Below, in pieces: positions 36,912-47,048 of a stretch of 64,000 nt of DNA (positions are counted from its first letter, which is position 1; each line of letters starts with the position of its first letter). The stretch comes from a virus (Duplodnaviria; Caudoviricetes), in the IMG/VR virus record IMGVR_UViG_3300047491_000255, positions 32,001-96,000 of that record; one strand, 5' to 3'. The notes below the pieces were generated by a model, which was given only the letters and a program-made list of their open reading frames with translations, was not told the DNA's origin and did no database searches. Position numbers and translations under genes: made by a program.

Positions 36912-37109
36912 TTACCGATAAAATCCAATGATCCACCACGCAGGACAAATCTCATACTTTCCTCCCGAAGCCTGTCGAAACAGATCGTCACAAGCGGCCT
37001 TCACATCAAACCACTGATCTTCCGGGATAACCTTGACAGCCTGTTCCTTGATTCCGTTAAGGAAATACCACACATCAATAAGATTTTCCATATCATCCCC
37101 TTCACCCAT
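36912..37109 (-). CDS. Hypothetical protein
   Basis: About 60 aa abutting next gene. Confidence 0.5.
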   Translation of the reverse strand: MGEGDDMENLIDVWYFLNGIKEQAVKVIPEDQWFDVKAACDDLFRQASGGKYEICPAWWIIGFYR

Positions 37110-37143
37110 ACATTACCGAAATGGAGCTAGAATAAGGGAGTAA

Positions 37144-37890
37144 TCAAGAGATTTTCCTAAAAATTCGATTATGCATAACTGCCATAACTTCCTTCCAGTC
37201 TGGCTTTCCTTCGATTCTGTCCTTTACCGCACGAGATACATCCTCAATACCGGGGAATGATCCCCAATACATATTCAGAAAGTTGCTGGCATCATCCACA
37301 ACGAGATAGCCTCCTCGCCTCACCATGTTCCCATAAACATCTAAATCCTTGACAGCAAAATCATATTCGTGACATCCATCCACGTAAACTATATCGAACG
37401 GTCCTTTAGGCAATACCCGAGTCCAAGTATCCGGGGAGTTAGAATCTCCACGCACGATCTGATCTTCTGAAAACGGAAGACAGAAATGAGCATGCAAGTT
37501 CTTGATGTGTTGCATGTAGTCCTCATCCGGAAACTTGTCAAATTTGTTGGTGACACCAGAAAATGAACTAAGTGGAGTGACACCCGTGATACTACAAGGC
37601 TTATTGAGCCTATCAGCCAGCATTCTGACAAGCGAAACAATCTGTCCCTTGAAGACTCCGATCTCCAAGAACCGAAAATTCGCAGGCATATCATCAATCA
37701 ATAATTTCCACATCCATTGAAAGGAACGATCCCCAAATCCATAACAATGCTTTTCAACAAAGTCTCTGTGTTCCTTCAACCACGGCGTCTGATTGACAAA
37801 ATTCGTAAAAGTATCGACCACATGACGGTGTGCTTTTTCCGCATCACAGTATACTGCTTCCCATTCTCTTATCTTCCTATTCATTGCCAC
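37144..37890 (-). CDS. SAM-dependent methyltransferase (Methyltransf_24-like)
   Basis: FLEIGVFKG motif I; FDIVYVDGCHEY; GGYLVVDD. Confidence 0.85.
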   Translation of the reverse strand: MAMNRKIREWEAVYCDAEKAHRHVVDTFTNFVNQTPWLKEHRDFVEKHCYGFGDRSFQWMWKLLIDDMPANFRFLEIGVFKGQIVSLVRMLADRLNKPCSITGVTPLSSFSGVTNKFDKFPDEDYMQHIKNLHAHFCLPFSEDQIVRGDSNSPDTWTRVLPKGPFDIVYVDGCHEYDFAVKDLDVYGNMVRRGGYLVVDDASNFLNMYWGSFPGIEDVSRAVKDRIEGKPDWKEVMAVMHNRIFRKIS

Positions 37891-38528
37891 AATCTCCTGG
37901 CATTCTCATCACGAATATCCGCTCCGCCATGATGATGCGCCACAATTGGTTTAGTTCCAGTTAAAGTATTTGACAACTTCTTATTTTCAACCGATAGATG
38001 TTGCCAACTCCCTAACAAGGACTGAAACATCACACACTGAGTATCCAATCGTATCGCTGAAGTATCCTTAAGATAAACATCCGTGAACCATCTCTGATCA
38101 TAAACCGTCGGGTCAAGAGGTCCATGCTTCTCGAAAAAATCCTTGAGGTATTCTCTCTCTGCAAGATAAGCCCCCGAATTGAGAAATCTCCAAGGAGTGT
38201 CACACGCAGGATACCTATCAGCCTTCTCAGCATCCGGCCAACAATTCACCTCCGATTGACAAACGAATGGATGACCAAATCCAACAAAGCGTTCAAGCAA
38301 CTCCTCCTCAGATGCCATGACTACAACATCATAGGCATCAATGAGCATGATATGAGTATATTGAGTCATTGACTTGGCTGATTCGTAAGCCACAACCAAT
38401 TTCTCTCCAAATCCTCTCCATCTTTCGAACTCATGATAAGAAAGCCCTCTCTCATTCAAAATGTTTCTAACAACAGGCAGTCTAGGGTCCTGCTTATTCG
38501 ATGCAATCATAATAACACCAAGATGCAT
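37881..38528 (-). CDS. GT-A glycosyltransferase, PLOD/LH3 GT-domain-like
   Basis: GFGEK, IDAYDV, SEVNCWPD, FLNSGAYL, DQRWFT motifs. Confidence 0.8.
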   Translation of the reverse strand: MHLGVIMIASNKQDPRLPVVRNILNERGLSYHEFERWRGFGEKLVVAYESAKSMTQYTHIMLIDAYDVVVMASEEELLERFVGFGHPFVCQSEVNCWPDAEKADRYPACDTPWRFLNSGAYLAEREYLKDFFEKHGPLDPTVYDQRWFTDVYLKDTSAIRLDTQCVMFQSLLGSWQHLSVENKKLSNTLTGTKPIVAHHHGGADIRDENARRLWQ

Positions 38529-38636
38529 AGAACCTCCTTTTTCAAATTCCGTTAGATTCGACCTTTTTAAATAGCGTATGGCTTTCTCCAAAATTCTTTA
38601 TTGCATACCAAGCAATTAAAAATGCGCCTTGCCTTC

Positions 38637-39380
38637 TTATGGAATATCCAAAACACATAAAGAATTGATGCCCAAGTTTTGAACGATATCCCCATCCTTT
38701 ATTCCTATCTCCCTGCGAACTGCGGCAATCTTGGAATAAGTTTCCTCATAAGGCATCGATGGCGTATAAACCAACAATCCATTCTGATCCAAGTATCTAA
38801 ACAGAGAAATAGCATCGCCATGTGCAGGAGTCCTAATCATGAAGATGTCGTGAATAGCGATCTTTCCACCATTACGCACCTTCGGGAAAAACAGCGGAAC
38901 AAACCAATCACAAAAACTATCCGTATGTTCCGAATCCATCAGAAGAAAATCAATTTTTGAAGGAACGTCATTCAAACGTTCGTGAATATCCCCTTGAAAG
39001 AACATCCACCTCCCGTCCGTCAAATCATGAGGCAAGTTTCTCTTTGCCGTATCCACGACATCGTAAGAAGTCAGTATGCCGAACCCATTATCCCTGAGTG
39101 CCCTCAATGTCCATGATGTGCTCCATCCACTACCACTAGAAATCTCACACGAAACATCAGGACGAAGGTCGCGAACAATCAAGTACATCACCTCCGCCTC
39201 CACATCGTCGAAGAAGAGATAACCCTGCATCTGATTTCGAAGTTGCTTTTGCTCCTCTCTAACCTTGATCAAGTCCGATGCAAATCGCCGATATAGTTCG
39301 CACAGATAATCTGTCCGATCACACACCCACAACATGCTGCCAATATCATTCTGATTCATAGTCGCTGTGATTCTACTCAT
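38637..39380 (-). CDS. SAM-dependent methyltransferase (Methyltransf_24-like)
   Basis: EISSGSGWST; IDFLLMDSEH; GGKIAIHD. Confidence 0.85.
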   Translation of the reverse strand: MSRITATMNQNDIGSMLWVCDRTDYLCELYRRFASDLIKVREEQKQLRNQMQGYLFFDDVEAEVMYLIVRDLRPDVSCEISSGSGWSTSWTLRALRDNGFGILTSYDVVDTAKRNLPHDLTDGRWMFFQGDIHERLNDVPSKIDFLLMDSEHTDSFCDWFVPLFFPKVRNGGKIAIHDIFMIRTPAHGDAISLFRYLDQNGLLVYTPSMPYEETYSKIAAVRREIGIKDGDIVQNLGINSLCVLDIP

Positions 39381-40183
39381 TTTACATCCTTCTCGCTATT
39401 AATCTGATCTCTCCAAAATGGAGACCTTTGCCCTGAAACCAATTCAAACCTAACCTGGTTGAATCTCGACATCCACCTTCCAGCCGACTCAGCCTTTTCA
39501 GTCGTATGCGCCGTTCCTCCATGATCAATATGATCGATTGGGATATGAGGAAGAAACACAGTCTTGAATCCAAGAATATGAGCACGCACACAAGCCAATC
39601 CATCATCATAGCCATAGAGATTTCCCTCATCCTGCATCTGATAAAGACCGCCAAACACATCCAACATCGCACTATTAAACGCCGTGCATGTTCCCATAAT
39701 ATCTGTTGCTTCTTCAACAACAACCCATCTTTCTCCATGGTTGTGAGGCAACATCCTTAAAGTGCTCTTATACCAAGGATTTGTATTATCTGGATGTTGA
39801 GCAAGATCAGGTCTTTTAAGACCCACTATTCCTATGGATGAATCACATTCAAATACTCTTTCCATCTCGTCAGCCCAATGCGAGTGATTTATCACGACAT
39901 CATTGTCCATCTTGACCGTATGCTCTCCCGGATTACGAAGACTCCATCCTATATTGACTGCCCTTGCCGTTCCAAGATTTTCTCCATTCTTGATAACGGC
40001 AAGTGGGAACAATTCTCCCATTTCCTCATACACCTTTTGAGTCTCGTCACATGAGCCATTGTCCGAAACGACGATCCTGTGCCTATCCATATTGACCCGC
40101 TTAGAGATAGACTCCAATGTTCTTCGAGTCATCTCAGTGCGCTTATTCTCAACCGTATCAAACACCGCCATAACTATAAGCAT
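39377..40183 (-). CDS. Glycosyltransferase family 2
   Basis: VVSDNGSCD, NLGTARAVN, KMDNDV, YGYDD; AGGAG RBS before ATG 40183. Confidence 0.85.
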   Translation of the reverse strand: MLIVMAVFDTVENKRTEMTRRTLESISKRVNMDRHRIVVSDNGSCDETQKVYEEMGELFPLAVIKNGENLGTARAVNIGWSLRNPGEHTVKMDNDVVINHSHWADEMERVFECDSSIGIVGLKRPDLAQHPDNTNPWYKSTLRMLPHNHGERWVVVEEATDIMGTCTAFNSAMLDVFGGLYQMQDEGNLYGYDDGLACVRAHILGFKTVFLPHIPIDHIDHGGTAHTTEKAESAGRWMSRFNQVRFELVSGQRSPFWRDQINSEKDVK

Positions 40184-40193
40184 TCTATTTCTC

Positions 40194-41750
40194 CTATCTC
40201 GTGCAATTATCGCACCCGCCACACTTTCCATCAAATGTAATGTCTCCAAAATACCCACTGAGATATGATGCCCTACAATCCTTGCTCTTATAAAAAGACA
40301 CAACTTGATTAAGCTTATCAATTTTATCATTACGAATCAACTCAAATGGGGATCTTCTTTGAACACGATCCTTGTTTAAGTAGACCGCGTATTTTCCACG
40401 ACCTAGAGTCGATACGAGATGCTCGTTCTTAAGCGCAGCGATGCATCCGCCAACATTCTGGCACCTCGACATATCCGCCATCGCCTTCTGCGTCATGTTC
40501 AATTTGGCGGTCTTACTTCCCGGAACGACTTGGCTTAATGCCGTCTGCCGAATCCAAGTCCAGAAATCATCAATATCCTTGGCACTCGGAGATGTAAGAT
40601 CAATCAAAAACATCTGTGTTCGATAGTCGATGGCAAAGTCCCAGAAAGTGACGCAGAACGAATCCTGTCCATCTCGACCTGCTCGACCAATTTCCTGATA
40701 ATAATCCTCAATACTTTGAGACAACCCGGAATGAATGACAAACCGGACATCAGGACGATCAATACCCATTCCAAAGGCACATGTGGCAACGATCACTCCT
40801 CCATCCTTAGCCCACGCATCTTGAATAGATGCACGCTCAGAGTCCTTCAATCCAGCATGATACAGAGTCGATGGGATTCCACTTCTCTTGAAATAACCGC
40901 AAATCTCATCAGACTCTTTTCTAGTAGGTGAATAGACGATCCCTGTCTTCTTGCCTTCTGTCACAAACTTTTTGACGAGCTTCGACATCTCTAAGAATTT
41001 ATGATTTCCATAACCCTCAAACATCAGCAACTTCAAATTTGAGCGATGCACCCCACTAACGAACCTCTTGGCTTTTCCAATCCCTAGTATCTTGCAGATG
41101 TCATCCTGAACCTTCGGAGTTGCTGTAGCTGTCAACGCCACAACCTGTCTCGGATTGATTTTCTCGATGACACCACCCAATTCGGCATAAGACGGACGAA
41201 AATCATGTCCCCACCGACTGATGCAATGACACTCATCCACTGCAAAGACATCAACTTGAATCCCGGAAATCGCCTTCATGAACTCGTCATTGGAAAATCT
41301 TTCCGGAGCCACATATAAAATCTTCACTCCTCCAGTTTGTACCTCCAACAACGCCATCTTTACATCACTCATCGGAACCGTAGAATTAATGAAGACCGCA
41401 TTGATTCCAAGACTTTGAAGACGACTCACCTGATCCCTCATCAAGGAAATCAAGGGACTGACAACAATCGTGAGTTTGCCCGTGATTAAAGAAGGAATTT
41501 GGAAAATAATACTCTTGCCGTAGCCTGTCGGAAAGACTGCCAGAACTCCGTCCTTGCCATCCATGACCGCCTGTAGAACTTCTTCCTGCCCCTTCCTAAA
41601 GGAAGTATATCCAAAAACAGCAAGTGCCTCCTTAGCCGTCATACATGCGTGAGAATCGACTACAGGGATTTCTTTGACTACTGACTCCACCACAGGAGAT
41701 TGCTCCATGGCGGACTTGATCTTTCTATAGCGTTCCAATATCGAACCCAT
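40194..41750 (-). CDS. recQ: RecQ-family DNA helicase
   Basis: FGYTSFRKGQ, PTGYGKS, VDECHCISRWGHDFRP, ALTATA, AFGMGID, QEIGRAGRDG, C-terminal CR...YFG...CGGCDNC. Confidence 0.95.
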   Translation of the reverse strand: MGSILERYRKIKSAMEQSPVVESVVKEIPVVDSHACMTAKEALAVFGYTSFRKGQEEVLQAVMDGKDGVLAVFPTGYGKSIIFQIPSLITGKLTIVVSPLISLMRDQVSRLQSLGINAVFINSTVPMSDVKMALLEVQTGGVKILYVAPERFSNDEFMKAISGIQVDVFAVDECHCISRWGHDFRPSYAELGGVIEKINPRQVVALTATATPKVQDDICKILGIGKAKRFVSGVHRSNLKLLMFEGYGNHKFLEMSKLVKKFVTEGKKTGIVYSPTRKESDEICGYFKRSGIPSTLYHAGLKDSERASIQDAWAKDGGVIVATCAFGMGIDRPDVRFVIHSGLSQSIEDYYQEIGRAGRDGQDSFCVTFWDFAIDYRTQMFLIDLTSPSAKDIDDFWTWIRQTALSQVVPGSKTAKLNMTQKAMADMSRCQNVGGCIAALKNEHLVSTLGRGKYAVYLNKDRVQRRSPFELIRNDKIDKLNQVVSFYKSKDCRASYLSGYFGDITFDGKCGGCDNCTR

Positions 41751-42041
41751 TTGATTGTTCTCCATCTGACCAATGGTTAATACGCACATCCAGCACATCC
41801 GAATACAAGCCCATGATAGCCTCTTGGCGTCGCAACCTTCTCCGCCACTACACTCGCTTTATATGGTTTCACATCTGATCCTTTCTAATCTCTATTATAC
41901 GCCCGGAAACGGATTCTTATCCGCAAACAGCTAATATCTCTTATCGAGTACGATTTTCAGCTTTATCTATGAAACATTTGCTGCCTTCCCGATATTCTGC
42001 TCTTCTATCCAGTCTTGAACCGCCTGATATACACCCTTCTC

Positions 42042-42080
42042 AAAAAGAAAAGCCTCGGGAGTTCATCACTCCCGAGGCTT
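42042..42080 (-). terminator. Intrinsic terminator after major capsid gene
   Basis: AAGCCTCGGGAGT-loop-ACTCCCGAGGCTT then TTCTTTTT. Confidence 0.85.
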
Positions 42081-42105
42081 CCTTGCTTTCTATCGAACCG
42101 CGTGG

Positions 42106-42966
42106 TTAGACGCGAGTGATGGAAAGTACTTGGAGTGCAAAGGGATTATACGCCCCAATGCCTATTTGCTCGAAGATCGAGAATCCGATCAGACGGTTCT
42201 TAGGATCGTCGGCGGACAGGACCGTCAACTCCGTGCGAACCGGGATACGACCGAAGAACTCTGCTTCGCCGCACACGTAGACCGTACCTTCCGGCACGAT
42301 ACGTGACACGATGAGCTTTGCTCCCCAGAGCGTCGCCATCAGACCCGTCTTCAACAGAATCGCCTGAGTCTCGATGTCCAGCGTGTCCCGATCCCACTTA
42401 CGCAGGTCGGCATAGTCCTTGGCATTCAGGAACACGGTAGCGACACGAATGTCGGTACGCTCCACGTTTGCGAAGGCGTCAGCCAATGCGTTTGCGGTCA
42501 GGTTGCCAGTCACCGGAATGACAGGATTCGGATTCGTCGGGTCAGCAGCCAGAGCGTCCATGACTGCGAAAACCTTGCGGTCCTCCTCAGCCTGAATCTC
42601 CGCCTTACCCAAGTCAACCGAACGTTCGATCAGGTCGAACCGACGTTGCTTGATCTCCGTGAGCTGGATTTCCGGGTTCGAGGCGATCTCGAACAGAGGG
42701 AACAGCACACGCTTCGGCTTTGCAACCGCCACGATGTTTTCGCCCTCTTCGCCAACGACGTATGCCGTGACGTTCGGGTCCTTGTCGTAGATCGGCAGTG
42801 CGCCATCGGGGAGAGCTTCCACGAAGAACCCCTTACGACCAACCGACATGTAGTCTCTCCGGCGACGGAGAGGCTGGATCATGCTCGCTGCCAAACGCTG
42901 ACGCCCTGCGGCGGTGCGAATGTACTGAGAGATGATGTCTTGCTTCATTTGATTGTCTACAGCCAT
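42106..42966 (-). CDS. Major capsid protein (HK97-like fold)
   Basis: 286 aa, strongly biased codons, AGGAGG RBS, AEEDRKVF spine helix, LWGAKLIVSRIVPEGTVYV; follows scaffold and decoration genes. Confidence 0.88.
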   Translation of the reverse strand: MAVDNQMKQDIISQYIRTAAGRQRLAASMIQPLRRRRDYMSVGRKGFFVEALPDGALPIYDKDPNVTAYVVGEEGENIVAVAKPKRVLFPLFEIASNPEIQLTEIKQRRFDLIERSVDLGKAEIQAEEDRKVFAVMDALAADPTNPNPVIPVTGNLTANALADAFANVERTDIRVATVFLNAKDYADLRKWDRDTLDIETQAILLKTGLMATLWGAKLIVSRIVPEGTVYVCGEAEFFGRIPVRTELTVLSADDPKNRLIGFSIFEQIGIGAYNPFALQVLSITRV

Positions 42967-42979
42967 GGTGATATCCTCC

Positions 42980-43474
42980 TTATAGCCTCATGTCCAATCC
43001 CAAGGTAGGGCTTGAGGTTGATGGGGCCTTGGTGACTACCCCGATCAACACAGACGACGCCGTGGTTTCCTTCGTCAGGAAGCCCTGGGCCGAACCGTAC
43101 AGGAGATCGCCAACAGCATAAACCAAGTCTGCGTTTGCGGCCGCATTCCTAGTCTCATACACGTCGACTTCCACCGATGCATGAGCCTTCATAACGGCTA
43201 CTTTACCACTAGCTACCGCCGGGCTGTTCTCGAACGCTGCGCCCGCAGCGTCATTGACGAACAATCCAACAGGTTGCAGAGCGGTCGTCATCGGAACAAC
43301 TGTGTAATCCAGTCCAGCGCTGACCGCTGCAACAGAACCACCCAATACGCCCCGAGGAGTATTGACACTCAACGTCGTATTCGTGTTCACGCCGTAGTTG
43401 CTTTTGGTAAAGCAAGCGTCCGACAGAACAGGAATAGAGTTAAGTTGCCCACGAATTAGGATAGTCAGTGACAT
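42980..43474 (-). CDS. Capsid decoration/cement protein
   Basis: Ala/Val/Gly-rich, YAVGDLLY...G.LT...IGVVTKAP pattern, directly upstream of capsid gene. Confidence 0.7.
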   Translation of the reverse strand: MSLTILIRGQLNSIPVLSDACFTKSNYGVNTNTTLSVNTPRGVLGGSVAAVSAGLDYTVVPMTTALQPVGLFVNDAAGAAFENSPAVASGKVAVMKAHASVEVDVYETRNAAANADLVYAVGDLLYGSAQGFLTKETTASSVLIGVVTKAPSTSSPTLGLDMRL

Positions 43475-43560
43475 TCTTAATTCCCTCTTTCCTTTTTTGA
43501 TTCAACAAACGGCTATTACTTGTTTCAAACTCACGCCCCGTGAGGGGCGTGAGGCATTCA

Positions 43561-44736
43561 TTACTTGAACGCTTCGCTGACATCTGGAGCCGACTGCCAG
43601 ATGGAGCTAATGTCGACGCCTTCCGCACCAGCGGAGGCGACTCTCGGCTGCCCGCCGAGTTTCGATATGCCGGCCTTCTTCTGTGAAGCCTCGACCTTGC
43701 GGTCTGAGGTCACCGCTGTCATCCCTTCGGAGAACAGCACAGAAGCCAACCGTTCGTCTGCTTCAGGGTCAGGAGCAACCTCATCCTCCATCGCAGCGCT
43801 AAGCTCGATGTCGAACTCATTCATTCCCTTCCTCGTTGCAGAAGCTTTCTTCTCGTCGACCTTATCGCCGACCTTCTCGTCAATCTTCTCGCCATCAGCG
43901 GCAACCTTGGGCTGCTCATCTGAACCAGGCTTTTCGATAACAGGCTTGAGTTGAGACTCGGTAGCAGCCTTCTTCTCTTCGGTCTTTTCGACCTTGTCTT
44001 CGACCTTCTCATCTGCTGCTTTCTTCTCTTTCTTCTCGTCCTTCTCGTCTACCTTCTTCTGGATGAAGTCGGGGAGAGCGGCTTTGATAGCTTCAGAGAC
44101 GATAGCGGCAATCATCGCCTTCATATCCTTGCCATCATCCTTCTCCTCAACCTTTTCATCGGCTGCTGCCTTCTTATCTTCTACCTTCTCCTCAACCTTT
44201 TCATCGGCTGCTGCCTTCTTATCATCCTTCTCCTCAACCTTTTCGTCGGCTGCTACCTTCTTATCTTCTACCTTCTCATCAGCCGCCTTCTTCTCATCAG
44301 CCGCATCCTCGTCCTTTTCGTCGACCTTCTCATCTTCGGCATAAAGCTTCTGCGTATCGGCGAAACGCTGAAGTGTGCGATCCATTGCCTGAGGACCCAT
44401 AGCCATAAAGTCATGAGCCTGTGCCTCAACTACATCGTCGTCGACCTTCTCGCCGAGCAACAACATAGCCACACGAACTGCTTTATTGGCAGCGACACGC
44501 ACAGAAGCGACAGTCGGGGACCGACCCCACACCTCTGGCACGCCAAAACCAATATCATCACGGCTGTCATCCTGCCACTGATGGCGCATGTCAGGAAGTT
44601 CGTGATTCACCTGCTGCTTGAAAGTGTGATACTGATCCCAACTTGGGTCCCTGCGGTCAGGCTGGTTGACATTGCCGGGATAAGGGGTTTGATCTGCCGC
44701 TGACCGGACACGGGATGTAAGTCTAACTCTATTCAT
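43561..44736 (-). CDS. Capsid scaffolding-like protein
   Basis: AGGAGG RBS before MNRVRL; repeated KKAAADEKVE(E/D)K charged units; between protease and capsid genes. Confidence 0.65.
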   Translation of the reverse strand: MNRVRLTSRVRSAADQTPYPGNVNQPDRRDPSWDQYHTFKQQVNHELPDMRHQWQDDSRDDIGFGVPEVWGRSPTVASVRVAANKAVRVAMLLLGEKVDDDVVEAQAHDFMAMGPQAMDRTLQRFADTQKLYAEDEKVDEKDEDAADEKKAADEKVEDKKVAADEKVEEKDDKKAAADEKVEEKVEDKKAAADEKVEEKDDGKDMKAMIAAIVSEAIKAALPDFIQKKVDEKDEKKEKKAADEKVEDKVEKTEEKKAATESQLKPVIEKPGSDEQPKVAADGEKIDEKVGDKVDEKKASATRKGMNEFDIELSAAMEDEVAPDPEADERLASVLFSEGMTAVTSDRKVEASQKKAGISKLGGQPRVASAGAEGVDISSIWQSAPDVSEAFK

Positions 44737-44764
44737 GTTTTCTATCCTCCTTGTGTGATACTTC

Positions 44765-45265
44765 TTATGATTTTGATTCGAACTTAGCCACACGAGCGTC
44801 AATCGAATCGGCGATCCTGTCGATACGCAGAGCCATTGCCGTCCGTCCAGACTTCTCAAGATATTCCGCCACAGCATCCAACCGGGCAGACGCACTCTTC
44901 AGCCGAGCCACATAACCCGTCGGAGCTGCATCCAACATTGAATCGTCGGTTGTCAGTTCCGTTCCGTGTTCGAGGTCCTCAACTTCGGTAAGAGATTTCT
45001 GCGTGATCTGTTCCTCCACGCCATCCGGGTCAACCAAGGACGCCTTCTTCTCGTCCTTCTCGTCAACCTTCTCGTCAATCTCCTCGTCATCAGAATCATC
45101 AGCAGCTTTGAGCTTCAACTCAAGCGCTTCGATCTGAGCCGCAAGAACCTGACGCTCGCTCGCTTCCTTCTTGTCGGCTTCATCTGCCGAATCATCCTTG
45201 TCAGCAGCGAAACGACTCTCAAGTGCGGCAACTCTCCGTGCCAAGTTTGTCATGTCTATGCTCAT
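44765..45265 (-). CDS. Acidic head-associated hypothetical protein
   Basis: 166 aa with scaffold-like charged stretches. Confidence 0.65.
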   Translation of the reverse strand: MSIDMTNLARRVAALESRFAADKDDSADEADKKEASERQVLAAQIEALELKLKAADDSDDEEIDEKVDEKDEKKASLVDPDGVEEQITQKSLTEVEDLEHGTELTTDDSMLDAAPTGYVARLKSASARLDAVAEYLEKSGRTAMALRIDRIADSIDARVAKFESKS

Positions 45266-45366
45266 TCAAATTCCTCCGTTTTTTCTTCACTTCCGAATAT
45301 GGAAGCAGCACACTGCTTACAACCATATACAAAATATAAAGAAATTATTACAGTTTGAGTTGTTAA

Positions 45367-45669
45367 TTATTCGCCGAGAAGTTCACGGGCGAGTGTTACG
45401 AGCTTCTTCGCAACCTTCACCTTGTCCGCCTCGGAAACCGGCCAATTGTTATTCGCCTTGGCATTCTGATCGCCCTGATCTTTGAGATCAGCAGCGCCAG
45501 CAGGACGGCTCTCATTCACCGTCTCCTTATCTTCCTTTGCCGCCTTGTCCGCCTCGCTAACCAGACCAGCATCATCAATTGCCTTCACAGACTTCTCTAA
45601 GCCTTCAACGGCTGCGAGAACTCCAGCAACGACGGTATCATCCCTACTTGTCATTCTGTCTCTGCTCAT
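45367..45669 (-). CDS. Hypothetical protein with shared helix at C-terminus
   Basis: Ends KVAKKLVTLARELLGE. Confidence 0.65.
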   Translation of the reverse strand: MSRDRMTSRDDTVVAGVLAAVEGLEKSVKAIDDAGLVSEADKAAKEDKETVNESRPAGAADLKDQGDQNAKANNNWPVSEADKVKVAKKLVTLARELLGE

Positions 45670-45742
45670 TTCTTCATCCTTCTTTCTGCGGTTTATAACC
45701 GCCGTTGTTTTAACACTCGCCCCCTTTTAAGGGAGCGAGACT

Positions 45743-46285
45743 CTATATGTGAACAGCAGGATTCATTAAGTTGATTCCTGCTTTCGCAAATAAATCATCC
45801 CAATCTGTGTAACCAGAAAATAACTTCCCATTCGCCGTAATATCGAGCCTTCCGAAAGTCTCTCCATTACTAGCAGTCGTCCGAGTGATTGTAGCAGACC
45901 AAACAACACCATTTGTTACACCACTGGCAACTTGCCCTTTTGCTCTCCCACCATATCTAGCAGCAACCTTCTGCATGATCCGGCGAACCTTCGACAAGAA
46001 CTCTGATTGAGGCATACCAGCCGCTGCTTGCCTTTCATATGCCTTCTTCATGCCCTTCTCGTTCGTATTCAGCCTGTGACGAGTCTTAGGATTTATAACC
46101 ACATACCGCCTATCTCCAAGATAATCATCATAATCTCCGATAGCCCAAACATCTGTATAGCCCGGAAGACCTTCAACAACTACCTTATCTCCATGCTTAA
46201 ACTTCGGCTTAGGTCCTCCAGGAGCCGCAAGTCCAAAACCGGCTACGACCCTCTCAGCAATTCTCATCTCATTAAGTGGATTCAT
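45743..46285 (-). CDS. Hypothetical protein
   Basis: RIAERVVA helix then SH3-like PKFKHGDKVVV. Confidence 0.6.
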   Translation of the reverse strand: MNPLNEMRIAERVVAGFGLAAPGGPKPKFKHGDKVVVEGLPGYTDVWAIGDYDDYLGDRRYVVINPKTRHRLNTNEKGMKKAYERQAAAGMPQSEFLSKVRRIMQKVAARYGGRAKGQVASGVTNGVVWSATITRTTASNGETFGRLDITANGKLFSGYTDWDDLFAKAGINLMNPAVHI

Positions 46286-46457
46286 CGATTCCCCTTTTTC
46301 ACACTGAACCATTTTCCTTTGCGAACTTCTCGATCTTAGCCCAACTAACTTCCATCCAACCAGCCGCCTCGACTCCCTGCCCCTGCATTGATTGCCAACT
46401 AAACACTGTTATCACATTTGATCCATGAAGCGATAGAAATCAATTCTCTGGCTATAT

Positions 46458-47048
46458 TCATAGATACCCAATCACCAAGTCTCGAACTACAATATCGCCC
46501 GATCCATGAGTCGCACCCTTTTTATTTACAATGGCGATGGTCTTACCATTACGAGTCTTAATCATCCAACACATGTAGTCGCCACTATCATCTAGAGTCA
46601 CCTTGCCGATATTCATCCTCTCCAATGGATGACGCAATGACAAGAAGCTGTTGTTTCTCACAACACCCGCAACTACCTCAAGATCAACATCAGCCGCCGT
46701 CTTATCCTCTGATGCCACAATCGGATGACGAATCCCTTCATCTGTAATGATGAAGCATTTTCTTCCGGACGTCACGACATAGCCTCCTTCTGAAGGCTTC
46801 GGAACGTCCTTGAAGAATTTATCCTTCCACCCAACAGGAAACTCGGCACCATGTATGTAGACAAAGACAGCATCTCCGTAACCTAATCCACCAAATCCAA
46901 TCGTCTTGGCAGAAAGAGACTGGTATTTGATTCCAGCCTTGGACAAACGAGAGATAACATCTCTCTTCGCCTTTGAGACAAGTCCAGGATCGCCTGCTGC
47001 CGAAACCATACGAGAGATGATTCTATCAATTATGAGTGATTCATTCAT
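46458..47048 (-). CDS. Hypothetical protein
   Basis: ATGA overlap with protease stop. Confidence 0.65.
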   Translation of the reverse strand: MNESLIIDRIISRMVSAAGDPGLVSKAKRDVISRLSKAGIKYQSLSAKTIGFGGLGYGDAVFVYIHGAEFPVGWKDKFFKDVPKPSEGGYVVTSGRKCFIITDEGIRHPIVASEDKTAADVDLEVVAGVVRNNSFLSLRHPLERMNIGKVTLDDSGDYMCWMIKTRNGKTIAIVNKKGATHGSGDIVVRDLVIGYL

